Origin: Marsupella aquatica
Taxonomy: Eukaryota > Plantae > Marchantiophyta
Length of the DNA stretch: 64,000 bases
Assembly (NCBI GenBank): GCA_973895155.1
Contig: OZ316896.1
Span: 11,918,830 to 11,982,829 of the forward strand
Direction: 5' to 3'
Translations under genes and position numbers: made by a program
Notes under the pieces: generated by a model
Database searches by the model: none
The model's input: only the letters and a program-made list of their open reading frames with translations
What the model was told of the DNA's origin: nothing
In this document: in pieces, positions 27,201-40,600 of the stretch
How the letters are laid out: each line of letters opens with the position of its first letter
Position numbering within the stretch: the stretch's first letter is position 1

Positions 27201-30200
27201 TTGGACAGGTATTTCTGTCCCATCTAGAGGCAACCCAGAATGCATTCTTATATCAGGAGAAAACTGACAGGAAAGAGGAGCTAACGGAAGACCAGCTGGA
27301 ATCGGCACCAAAGGATTTATGGGCTCGATTTGAATCGTACTCACTGGAGGAAATTGATGGCACTCAGACCGGCACTTTGTTTACCTTGCAACTGAGGACC
27401 CTCCAAAAGGTTGCAACCTTCTCAGATGCTCGGTCTCGGCAGTTGATACCTCTTTTTCTGAAATTTGTGGGTCATTCGGACAGCAGCGAAGAAGAAGCTT
27501 GTGTAGGGGTTGGAGCTGGGAAGGATTGGAAAGCATGCCTCAAGGAGTGGCTGAATTTATTCAGAGAGATGCGAAATGCTCGTTCTTTCTTTCGGGGCCC
27601 AGTTGTGAAAGACATTCTTCTAAACAGATTTCTTTCAGACAGTGATCCAGCGATCCAACAAGTCACGCTCGAAGTCCTACTAAATTGGAAGGACAAGTAT
27701 CTTACGGAAAACAAGGAGCATTTGGAGAATCTTATTTCAAGCAAGGCATTGCGAGAGGAGTTGACGACTTGGGATGTAAGCAAAGAAAGTCACCTTATTC
27801 AGGATGAGGATCGAGAGCCGCTGCTCACTGCAATTCTCCTTATTTTGTTTCCGAAGGTCATGAGAAGGACAGTCAAGTCAATGGGAAAGTCAGGCGTAGG
27901 TGTTCAAAGGAATGCAGTGCTCTCATTCTTAGCTCGTCTTGAAAGTGGAGAACTTGCCCCTTTGTTTATTCAGCTTATGAAACCCCTCGATAGCGCCTTC
28001 ACTAAGCAGCCTCCTGCAAATTCTCAACTAGTTTCAAAGGCTGCTTGGATGTCCATGATAGAGGAAGGTTTGAATCCTCAGTTCGTCGAAATCGTCGATA
28101 CAACATCTGTAGGATCTTTACCTTACAAGAGAAAACTGGGATTTCTTCATATGGTTTTGGATTCCCTTGAAATCTTTAGTAGTTCGCAGTTGACTCCATA
28201 CCTTTTTGCGCTCCTAGCAATTGTCTTCAGGCTTTTGGAGACATGTTCCTTTGCTAACGAAGACGTAGATACGGACACTGTGACTACTGGAGATCGGGAT
28301 GCAAAACTTTCAGCAGGGAGCAACGCTGATGTTTCAACCATTCGTATGGACAATGTTATTGAGGCAGGGTCAGAACTTACTTGTACTGATTCTATTGACA
28401 AGGATCAGAAAGCCATCTACACTAACGGAAATGAGGAATTGGCTGTCGTGGGAACTTTCCAACCTGGAGGTCCTCAGCCACTTGATGCGTATGGTAGGAG
28501 CGCAGGAGGACCACCTTGCACTCAGAATGAAGAAAATCTTGACCACTTACTAACTTCGGAGGAAGGATTTGGGCGAGGTATACCAACCTCTAATAGTGAG
28601 TCATTATTATTGGATGAAGAAGTTTCATCATTGTTGCCGTCATCCCGGCAAAATGATGACAGCAGGCCATTAGAGGGTCTTGCTATTAGTTCGAGACAGA
28701 CGAAGAAAGGTGGTGGCGTTCGAGAGATCAGGACTCTATGTTTCAGGATTCTTGCTACTGTCATTAGGAAGTTTCAAAACATTGAATTTCCTCCTCTTTT
28801 TTGGGATATTTTTTTTGATGCCACTAAGCAGTCTATAAGTCGATTTGCTGCTGAGAACAGCTTCACTAATGGTCCAAGTGCCCTAATGCAATGTTTTATA
28901 GCAATCAGCTGCAGATTAGAACTGGCTCCTCTTCTGGCTAGGGATCCTGCTTTAGTTCCAAACATTTTATCTGTACTGGCAGTGAAAGGAGCATCTCCAG
29001 ATGTAGTTTCGTCGGTTTTGAATTTTATAGAAAACATATTAGATCTCGTGAGTGAAAGTGAAGAAGACGACAACCTGAGTTGTGTGAAGGGGGTCTTACT
29101 GCCTCACTTGGATGCTCTTCTTTTGCGGTTTGGGGACTGTTTGTCTTTTCACAGAGAAAGTGCAAGTGAGAGGCGATCCCTTCGACGTGAGTTAAGAATT
29201 CTTACACGTCTTAGCAAGTACGTTGGAGATACCACAGTGGCAGAAAAGTTGAAAGATGTGCTTCTACCTATGCTGAAGGTGAAAAAGTACTTGGATCAAG
29301 AGTTATTTTTGGAGGTGCTGAACCTTCTGCGAGGAATTGGCCCAATTTTACAAGTCACCGGTGTCACCAAGTGCTTGCCTGTACTGGCTCCCTTACTCGT
29401 GTCTGTAAGTAATAAAGACGTGCGAATTGCAGTATCTGAAACTCTTGTGGCTTTTGGAAAGGTTGATCTTATTCTCCTCCCAGTCGCAAAGCTTATTGAA
29501 GATCTCAACTCAATGTCAACAACCACCGTCGATGAGTTCGACTACACCCGGAGGCTCAATGCATACGATAACATTGCAGGGTCTATGTTTTCAGTTCTGA
29601 CATGGGCCCAAGCCCTTCTTGTTCTCTCGCATGTGACATATGATATGGGTTCAGAGGACATGTCACTAAGGCATAGGGCATCCGATTGCCTGCAGAAGTA
29701 TGTACAATTTGCTGCCTCTTTGCCAGAGGACATCACGCCAGAGCAAGTTTTGGAACATAGACCGGAAGGAAACTACCCGAGAAATCCAGGTCTGTCTGTT
29801 GCTAGTAATAACATCCTTGTAGAAGACGCTGTGAAGGACGAGATTCCAAAAGTCAAGGCTGTGACGAAAAGCATGAAGTCGTTAGTGCCCAACTTTCTTC
29901 TTCCTCACATTAGGAACGCAATGGCCTCAGATTTGCTAGTGGTACGAAGGGAATGGGTTCATCTTCTCCGAGAGATGGCTGCAAGTTTTTCGAAAGATGC
30001 TGCCTTGAAGGAGTACCATTGTCTAATCAGTAATGACATGGAGGCAGACTTTTTCTATAATATCGTCCATCTCCAGGTTCATCGAAGAATCAAGGCTCTG
30101 ATGAAGTTCAAGGCTGTCTGTTCTAGCTCTTGCTTTTCGCAGGGCGCCATGTCAAGGATATTTGTGCCTTTATTTATGAATTCATTATTTGAGGCAAGGG

Positions 30201-33200
30201 GAGACAAAGAAGGTAATCTGGTGACAGTCGCATTGGAGACCCTCGCATCTATTGCAGGACAGCTACTTTGGGAACCTTACTTTGGGTTACTGATGCGTTC
30301 GTTTCACTTGCTTTCAGCAAAGCCTGACCACCAGAAGGTTTTGGTTAGGTTGGTCTGTGCAATCTTGGATGCCTTTCACTTCTTCCTACCAGTCTGTGAC
30401 ACTGAAAATGAGAAAGGGTCAGAGATCACAGACGAAAGGTCTGGGGATGTTGACCTTAGAGACAGCAGTACACGCCTGCCAGCTGTCGAGGCTGAAGGTC
30501 AATTGACTATCAGCGACCAGAGCACGGTTCGACAGTTGCCGCCTGAAGTCCTAAGTTTGTTGAGAAAAAGGGTACTCCCAGAAATACGGCAGTTGATGGT
30601 CTCTAAGGTAGGCATTGTCAGCACTCCAGTTGCTCTTACACAGGTGAAAATTTTGAAGCTCATGCCGGAAAGTATTGTAGAGGTTGAACTTCCCCAGGTT
30701 ATTCGAACTGTCATCAATGCCTTCAAGAGCAGAAGCCAGGCAGTCAGGGATGAAGCTCGGGTTGCTCTTGTGGCTATTACTGAAACGTTGGGGGCAAACT
30801 ACTTGCACTTTGTAGTAGATGTTCTACAATCTTCTCTGACTAAAGGCTTTGAGTTGCACGTACTTGGATACACCATAAATTCGATATTGGTGAAACTCGT
30901 GCCGAAGCTGAAGGTTGGTGAGATTGATTACTGCCTGAAGCAGATCTTAGAAGTGTTGGAGAAAGATATAATGGGGGAGGTTGCAGAGGAGAAGGACGTG
31001 GAGGCTATTGCTGTCAAAATGAAGGAAACTAAACACATGCGGTCTTTTGAAAGTATTAAGTTGCTGGCCCAAGTTGTAACCTTTCGAACGCAAATAATAG
31101 CTTTGCTTGGTCCAGTTCAACGCAATCTACCGAAGTCCCTTGCACCTAAGGTGAAATCGAAGTTGGAGAACATACTTCAACAGATTGCCCTTGGCTTGCT
31201 CCACAATAAATCCGTCACACAATCAGATTTACTTGTGATTGTGTATGCAATGATCGACGATGGCGTCAAGGAAGAAAAGGCAATAGCAGCGGCAGCGGCA
31301 GCAAAGAAACAAGCCAGGATTGACAAGCTTGCCAGTGTGAGCTTGTCTTCTGAGGCTAACAGTGAAGTTTCTAAGATTCCGATGCCCCATTTCTACTTAG
31401 TTACAGAGTTTGCCCTGCAACTACTTCACAGTCACCTAAAGAGGGCTAAGGTGAAGCCTTCGGACGGAGATACCTTAGCAATGCTTAACCCCTTGGTGGG
31501 CCTGCTGCAAGGATGCCTCAACTCAAAATACGATGGGGTCCTAGCATCTAGCCTGAAGAATTTTGGGCTATTGTTGTTGCTCCCTCTGCCAGCAATTGAT
31601 CTCTATGGCAGTAAGATAACCACCCTTGTATTCGCTATATGCCAGAGGTTCTCAAAGGCAGAGAATCCCCTGCTGCAGGCATGTCTGAATGTCCTGATTA
31701 TTCTTATTAGGCAATGCAGATCTCTGCGGTTGTCAGAAGATCAGTTACGCAATCTACTCCAGTTCCCGATATTTGCAGACCTGGAGGGTGGTTCCAGGAT
31801 GGCCCTCTCATTGCTGAAGTCAATTGTCAGCAGAAAACTTCTGGTACCAGAACTTTATGATATGATGAATAGAGTGTCACAGTTAATGGTGACAAGCTAC
31901 GTTGCACCTGTACGCCAGCTTTGCAGTCAAATTTTGTTGCAGTTCCTGTTGGACTATCCACTCGGCAAGAAACGACTTCAACAACATTTAGATTTTTTTA
32001 TCACAAATGTTGGGTACTCATTCGAACCAGAACCTTCTTTATCAGCTAGTTTAATTCATTCGATTGATGATTGTACTAAAACATGACATGATGAGTGTAG
32101 TCGACGATTTTCTAAGGTGCAAGTATATTTCGATGAGTGCTGTTATGCTGTAGCATTGGAAGCACCGCCATATCAATATTGTGTGGCCTTGTGCAGGTAT
32201 GCTCAAAGCAGTGGCAGAGAAGCAGCCTTGGAGATGTTGCATACAGTCATCTTGAAATTTCCTGATACTGTTGTTGAGGAGCACACAGAGAGTATGTTTT
32301 TTCCTCTTGTTACAAGATTGGTGAATGACGAATCGAATCAAGTTCGATCCATGATTGGAACAATCTTGAAAGTATTAATGGGCCACGTGGGTCCCCGATC
32401 ACTTCAGCGCATGGTTGATTTCGCCATGTCTTGGTACAAAGGTGCTGACCAAAGGCTTTGGCGTCCTGCTGCTCAGGTGAAACATATTCCAGTAATATTC
32501 TCCTGCTTGTGCTGGTGCGTGCAATTACGTGCTCTTTGGTTTCCTTTCAGAAGCTACTCGATTTGTGATATGTGGATCTTTTCTCCAATATAGGTCCTTG
32601 GTTTCTTGATTGAAGTCATGGGGGCTGCCTTCGGGAATTACACAAGCGATGTCTTGCCTCAGTGCATCCACATTCTGGAGCAAGCAAATGCACATATAGA
32701 GGAAAGACTCGAAGGTGACGAGACTGAACAGCCAGTCCCTTGGCAGGATGCATATTTTTCCCTGACAATGATGGAGAAGCTCTTACAGAAATTACCGGAT
32801 ATGATACTACTCCCGAATCTAACGGTAATTCCTTTCACTTCTCTTCTTATGTGAATGTTTGTCGGTGTCACCATTTTTCATGTATTGACACATTTTTCGG
32901 TTTCAAATCCTTCCTTGACCCTGAAAGTATGTTGTTCCAGTCTACTGCAACAGAATGTGTTAGATGGGGAATTCTACTAAGCACTAGATCTACCCATTCC
33001 GCATGGAACAGGGAAGGTATCTTTTGTAAGTACAAAGTAGACACAAGCATGGGCTTCATTACAAAGAAGAGCGCTCATTCAATGGCTTCTGGCTTCGAAT
33101 TGCCCTCAAATATGACAGGATGTTGCGATGAAAAGCTTTTGATTGGATTGTCTGGGTACTCAAACCACCATCTCGTTACTTGTATTGATATTTTCCTGTC

Positions 33201-34673
33201 GACAGGTATTCTGGGTGTTGGTATCATCACTTTTACTGCACCAACATATCTGGATTCGGAAGGTTTGTGGACGAATGTTGAGCATTTATTTTACGGCTTG
33301 TGGGGTCCCCAACAAGGAACGGCTAGAGTCTGCCGCACTTGGCAAGGTTGATGTCTTGTTCTTTCATCCAAGCTGGATTCTCCTACTAGTTGCTTCACTC
33401 TGCCAGCAGCTAGACTCTGGATCTATTGACGATGCCATGGGGGAGCAACTTGTCGTGATACTGGAAGGTATCAGTATGTTATTGCCCTTGCTACCACAGA
33501 CTACTTCTAGGAAATCACATGAAAAGCTGTCCTTCCTCGGATGTGATGATGCGGATAGTCAACTCAGGCTCTCTAGAGCTTTACATATGCTAGGACGGAA
33601 GGACAGGAAGCAGGACGGTGCTCACGCTTTGATTAAGGAAAACGTCATGAATCATGTCGAGGACGACGAAAATGGGCAACATGAGCCAAGTAGCGAGGCT
33701 GAAGCATCAAGCTCCTCAGCACTTTCTCTTGTTTTCAGGAAGCTTCAGAAAATTGCCCTACGTGTACATCCCATCCAGGTAAAGGTTTCTCTTTCAAGAT
33801 CGCTCCTAGGAGTAGGTATGGTCTTCTCCAGGAGACTGGAAGTTTAGAGTTACTTGTTAGATTCTAGGACACACAGAAGAGAAATCTGCTCAGGAACAAT
33901 CTTGGTTGTATTGCATATTGCCGTAGGCAAACCTAGGGCTGTTGTTGATCAAGATCCCCAGGGAGCAGGAGTCTCTGTCTGTCAGGGAAAATGCAAGTCA
34001 TAGTCCAGGGGCACTTACTAAAGTATTGGCTTCGAAGTCAAACATTACGATGGTGTTCGTTAACTAGAACTTTTTACCTATAGAACGTATGCTTTTGCTA
34101 AAGGGTGAAACGACTGACTTTACTGAGATCCATTCAATTGCAGACAAAGGTGATATTGCGGTGGTATGCAGCAATGGCAATCAGGCTTGGTGCAAACGAT
34201 ATTGAAAAGTACCTTCAGTCTATGCTGATTGTTTTGACGAAACTCACTGAGGGGTCAGCCGCCAAAGTCGTCCCTGGTAAGAAGATCAAGGAACTTTTTG
34301 CACCAAATATTAGATGGATATTGACTTGACCGTTTTGTTGGTCATGCACGTGATTTCAAATTCTGGACAATGCACTGCATTTCTGTGGCCTGAAGTTTAT
34401 CAAACCAATCTTTTTGCAGAGGATCTGAAGAAGTTAGGAGATGAAGTCTTAGATCAATTGAGAGAACTGATAGGTGTTGCCAAGTTTGTGAACACCTACA
34501 ACACTGTGCGAGAGAGGGGTCACGAGAACAGAGATAAAAGGAAACAAGCACAGAAAATCTCAGTTCTGGTGGATCCTGAGCGAAATGCAAAGAGAAAAAT
34601 TAAAGTTACAGCCAAACGCCAAGCTCAAAAGAAAAGGAGGATCATTAAACAGAAGGTTCAGATGGGACTCTAA
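21269..34673 (+). CDS. UTP20: U3 snoRNA-associated protein 20 / SSU processome component UTP20 (large HEAT-repeat protein), about 17 exons
   Basis: N-terminus MAPQRVLKSLNKGPGKKRFV|FKSFAQRVEEVDVDVF...WR|ELNAAADF; conserved DFFYNIVHLQVHRRIKAL, RDEARVAL, GFELHVLGYT, EVAEEKDV..KMKETK, FLLDYPLGKKRLQQHLDF and SGREAALEML; basic C-terminus. Giant exon 26182-32013; stop at 34671-34673. Confidence 0.93.
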
Positions 34674-37239
34674 CCTACGTCTACTTTCGTAGATAGCACA
34701 TTGTACGATAGGGTTGTGTTTTTCTATGTATAGCAGTTGTGATAGGTTTTCAGCTCGGATTTTATAGGTCCTTATAATATAAAGATAGTCCACGACTGTT
34801 GAGAAAGTTCATCTGCAGGGGGTGTGGCATTCTGCCAAGGGCTACATTTCGCTCTCAGGCAATTGCAAGTTTTCCTCCCTGCTGTGTCAAAGGACGCATT
34901 CTTGGATATAGTGGCCATTGCCAGGTATAGGAAGTTTGAAATACTCGCTGTTGTACACAATTATTCCTACTAGTCATGGACTTGACCTTCAGTGATTTTT
35001 TAATAGATGGTAGACGCAAAGGAAAGACAAACAGTTGTGCTAAGTTTGGTGTTCTCTCATCAAATGGAAGTTGAGCAGGGTCGAAATAATATGGGTCAAG
35101 GCTGTCGCATTGATATAAGTTGGTATGAAATTTGCTTACCACCGTATCTTAGAATCTTCTCGAGGCAACAATATGGAGGGATTTCTCCTGCCACGGAAGT
35201 CTTCCAATTGTCTTCACCCAAATTATTTTGAACTACTTTCCTCTACTGTCTGAAGTCCTCAGCCTGGCTGCCAATGTCCAGCATGTGCAGGTAGATGAGT
35301 AGGTGTATGAAGAAAGTTTTGGTGGGTAACTAGAAATTCACTGACAAGACTATTGTAGATGAAGATCTTTCAGTTATTCTATTGTTTTCCTCAAATGTAA
35401 TTTGTGATCTTGGATTATTCCAATTCACAACATCAGATGAGACAGCAGCGTTGTCTTCGAGGTCTTGTTGTTGGCCTACCGTTCCATACAATACACATTA
35501 AGAGAATTCTCGCACGATTTCTCAGAAGCAAAAACACTAGGGAGACTCAAAGTTTGAGCCACACTAGTTTCCGGATGTCTGGAGTAGTCTTGAAACGGAT
35601 GTGGTCAAAAACTGTGCCGTAAGGCCAGTCTGCAAAGTCTTCTCATGGGAGGGGATAATGTTACCATTGGAGCAAACGGGAGATTGCCTTTACTCGTTGT
35701 GAGGGAAAAAAACCCTTGCGTACTTTTTTCTCATATAAATGAAAAGCTTAATTAAATATCCACCACTTGGCCATGAAATTCAGTCCCTAGATAGGCAAAC
35801 CTCGGTTTCCAATACCATAAGTTTTGTGTCATATTTTTCGCAAAACCCAACTTTTTTACTCCTTTTCTGGCTAGCAGAATTGTTGACCATCTCAAGTCCT
35901 ACATGTGCACTAGAGTCTGCTCCTCTGAGAGCACCTATATGTTTGTAAAGTAGCACCATCAGAGACCGCTACCTCACTGACAAAGAGGTGCCCGAGTGAC
36001 TCGACAAGTTGATGGTGGATGTCTGCGACTCGCTAACAATACACTTCCTTGTTGGCAAAACCCCTGTTTGGTCGCTTACAAACCCACCATGGGACTAACC
36101 ATTTCTGTGGAGTGTTCTTGTCTACTTCTTCTTTACAGCTTAAACTCATTTTGATTGTGAGTCGGAAAAAGTAGACCTTTTTACCTGCGTAAGGTGATGT
36201 TGGGGGAAGAGTTAGGGAACAAACTCAAATGCTGCCAAAAAGTTTGAGGCCCCCTATTCTTTTTTGGGAGAATCTATATTTCCAAAAGTCAAAATCTTCC
36301 TTTCTTTGCACGATTACGGGTTTCAGTTAGATGAAGGTATCCAATGACCAAATGGTTCTTTCAACTTGAGGGAGATTCTCCAACCATTTCTCTTTGGCTG
36401 TCAATACTTTGGAGGTTGGTAAGGTGAAAAAGAAACCACGATAGAGCTTTTCAACCCAAAGAAATTCATATAAACTCAAACAATGAAGCAAACCGAATTT
36501 CACATGGAACCTATAGGTATACGATGTTTCCCCCTTGAAACTAGTTTTGTGCAACTTTAAACCAAAACTTTCTAGAAACCTTCGGCAGAGCACTAGTCAT
36601 AAATGCACAACCTCTTTTCATATATGTTCAAACTCAGTGCCCCCCTTTGTCACCGTAGTTCTGAGCCATGCATCCTAAATCATGATTTGACTTTGGATAA
36701 TTAACCAATGTCAAATTTTAGAAAAAAAAAGTGAAAAAATTCAGGGACCAATTTTGGTCAGTTGGAACTTTTGTATAACTTGGATCAAGTTAATTTTTTA
36801 GTGCCCTTGTGTTGTTTTGACATGAAGGTGCATGAGTCATCTCTAGTTAGGGTAGTTTGTGAATAGGTATATTGCATGTACAAATAGTTGAACTCAGATA
36901 GTGAAATTCCTTTGTGAAATGGGAACATGTGTTGGTCTCCGAAAGCTTGTGGCTTGTCTGAGTTGCACGGTTACACCATTGTGGTGCACTAGAGTATCCC
37001 CCGATTAGAAATACTGAATGACATTAGTCAAAGGGACAAAACAAACTTTGGCTTCTAGAACCGAGGTCCCAGGGCTTAAATGGATCTCCTGCTTGGGGTA
37101 GAAGGTCTGGTAAGTCTAGGGAAACATCACCTTCTTGGTGCACATGCTATTGGCAAAAATGAATTTGTTTGAATTCTTTCCAAAAAAATTCAAACAAATT
37201 AAGCTTGAAATAAAGCAACGCTTCAGGGCCAGAGTTTAA

Positions 37240-37355
37240 CTATCTCTCCCCCCTGGTATGGGTCCGTGTGAGATCCCTGGGTGTTGCCTCCTTGTGGCTA
37301 CCCTACATAGGTGAGGTGCATACTACCCTACATAGGTGAGGTGCATACTCCAAAG
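37240..37355 (+). repeat. Second fragment of the SINE-like family at 1.3-1.6 kb, with an internal 25-bp duplication
   Basis: gatccctgggtg..ccttgtggctaccctaca..gaggtgcat matches 1513-1560; ctaccctacataggtgaggtgcata occurs twice (37298-37347). Confidence 0.55.
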
Positions 37356-37659
37356 CAGATACTCCATACTCTCCTGCATGGGTGTACTTTAGGTTTTCAA
37401 GGCAACAATTTTACTTTTTTAAATGAGCACGACGTTACAGGAAACAGTGCAGTCGTTACAGGAAATTGAATGCAAAGGTTTGAGGAGTACAAATCATTAA
37501 CATTCCACTTTAATTTGAATTTGCAACTAGGTTTTTGATTCTCTTAACCCACAAGTTCCAGTGTGAAACAGGTAACCCGTAGTGTGCATTTCACATACAG
37601 TACAATAACATGTATACAAACGAACGTATCCTATCTTGGGGAATTTCCTCGTATGAATG

Positions 37660-40600
37660 TCTTCTCAACAGTTCACCATTATAGTGGGCAATCTACGGTT
37701 CCAAACAATTGCACATCTAAAAACAGTTAATATATATGTTTTAAAAAAAGCACCACGAGAAGTTGAGCATACAAGGGTCCTGTGATTGGAAGTGAGTGGG
37801 AGAGCCAGAGCCTATATGGTAGTGTACTGTTCACTTAACCACAGCTGGCACTCCAGAGTGCACCCTGCCCCTTACTAGCCAATGTTCATTTGCCTGGGTT
37901 GAGCTCCCACTCACTTCCCAGCATGGGATCCCTATCCTCAAAATCCATTTTTCTAGTTTATTAAAATCTATGAACTGTTTGTCGGTGAGGTTTTTCGTGA
38001 AATGTAGATCTCAATGAGATCTACAGATCTACATTTCGAGCCATCGACCGGCTCCTATGGCGAGCAAATGAGATGACCGTGATACTTGAATATATGATAT
38101 GCTCTTCCATATCTGCAATTTTATTGTATGTGAACTCTGAAGACACTATACCCCAATGCATTCTATAAGGGAACTTGTGGTTGAAGCAATGAACAGTGGC
38201 CTACTAGAGATAGGGTCCTTTTTCGTAGTTCCAGTTGTGGATAGATATTATTATAAAGTTCATTTTGCTATTTTATATGCATGAGCAAGATACTCAAAAG
38301 CCCAACCAATGAGAAGGAGGGAGAGGGTCAAACGAGGATGGACGAAGGACAAAGCTCCTGCAGTTCATTCGATGGTAGAGTTTGGTGACCACCAGTTGAG
38401 TAGGAGTAGGGTCCCTTTTATAGGCCCAGTTGTGGATATATATTATTATAAACTATGTTTTGCTATTTTTATATAAGTGAGCCAGATCCTCAAAGGACAA
38501 CCAATGAGAAGGAGGGTCAAAAGAGAATGCACAAAGGAAAAAAGCTCCTGCAATTCATTCGGTGGCAGAGTTTTGTGACCACCAGTTGAATCCAGACAAA
38601 TTGCCCCAGAGCAACCCATGCCACAAGAACAAAAAGTAAAAGGCCAAAAAGTTCAAATGTGGGTCCCAAAAAGATCAGCAACTATTGTACCGCCGACATT
38701 TCCACTTTGTTTGATCGCCAGGATTTGGCTTAGCTTTTGGACGCCTTTTCGGTTTTTCCAATTTCCACGAATCAGGGCTCAGTTTTTTCCCTCCTTTTTA
38801 GAGAGAATTTCAAAACCATTACCCTTGTTAGGTTGCAGACGATCCTAAATACCCTGAAAAAAATTGCTTTTATTTTTTACATGCAGGTGACAATGCACTA
38901 ACTGTATTTCGACACCCACCGCTTAGGCAGGTGTTAATTTTTAAACTTACCCAAGTACCCTGAAATTTGCTGTGTCTTCTTTATTTTACATGAAGGTTAC
39001 AAATGCACCAATTGTGTTTCAACACGCAAAGTCCAGAGGGGCAAAGAAAACAAGAAGCTTAGGGCCCAAAATGGCAGCAAGAGAACGCCACAGCACCTCA
39101 AAGAGCCAGACAATACACCCTGGGATCTAGGTCAAGACCTTGGGCTGGGCATGGGTCAAGGTCTTGGCCATGGGAACAAACGCTTTCCCAATGTGCCTCA
39201 CTTTGAAATTTACAAAAGTACCCTCCAAAATTCCACCTAGGCAGCAGTGTCCCTTGTACTTTGCTTCATGTGATGGCCACTCCTTTGTGCTAACTCACAA
39301 CAGAACCAGTGAAGGGGCAGTCGGGCCACTTGAGCTGTCATTAGGACTGAAATTTTGGGATTGTAATTGACGGTGTAGTAAATGGACATAAACTAAACCC
39401 TCAGCGGAATTAGGATGGACATTAATGAAAATGGTATATCCATATCTCCTATTGCTGACTTTAATGTTGATAAGATCCGTGAAGGAGCGTCCAAAAAAGC
39501 AACTACCTGGAGAATAGGCTGAATAGCACAAATCCAGTGGCCACTATTGCAAGTGGTATGCTAAGAAGTACACCAACTTAACCCCAAGCCATCAGCCGAC
39601 ACACTTGGACAAGAAGATAACCCTGTGACACTTCCCAAATCTTGTGACAATGGAACTTTGGTCACTTCTGGTAACTTGTGATATTGTAATCCCAAAGAGA
39701 TTACTCCATAACTCACTGTCAATTAGAGATATTAGACTAGTTGAAAAGTTATTTCCAAGCTTCAAACTAGCCCAAGAAGAGCCCATTATTTTGGCTACCA
39801 AGGGAGACATTGAAGGTAACTCGGTTATTGAAAAAATTGGGGAGCTAGAATGGTGGTTGTAACAAGTGTCAAGGTACATGGAATGAAGGTATAGAAGGTG
39901 TCAAGGTCCATGATTAACCGTCCATGGTTAATAGGTACATGGGAATGTTATTTTACTATTTGTGTCTCACTTTTGCAGCTTTTTCACACTTGGTACGAAA
40001 TACTCAGATTGATCCGTATCTGACTCCTTTTTTCTGATTTGTATAATAGAACTTGGGCCCCACGAAAACGAGAGCATTATGACAGCTGAGGTGTCTCAAC
40101 TCGTGGCCGAGAAGTACCTTCTGCCCTTCCACAAGCCTCTGCACAAGCAAAGTAAAAGTGCTCATTTGAAGGCAAACCTCAGCCTCTAGCAGGGTATGGC
40201 TTAAACGTCATCATCCCATGTTGCAGCATCACAGAGCAATGTTTTTGTTTTGTCTGAAAGGTAATCTTTTCTTTTTTTATCGGAGGCAACTTGATTGCCA
40301 ACCAATGAAAAATGAAGAAAATCTCCAGCTTTTAAGGGATATAGGAGAAGTATTTTCAGAGAAAGAAATTGACTTCTGATGAATTCATAGCCAGCTGAGA
40401 AACCAACGGCCCCATAAGTTTGCGAGAAGGGGTGCTTTCTAAGAGCATCCACACCCATCGGTGCCATACTCCCCGCAGTAAGCCAAAGTGGCCAAAGTGG
40501 CAAGGCCGATTGGCACTCACCTGCCGGGGCAGTGCAGCGGGTAGGGTTCCCCACCCATCCCACCAAAACCCCTCCGCTGTTTCCAACTAAATTTGTGTCA

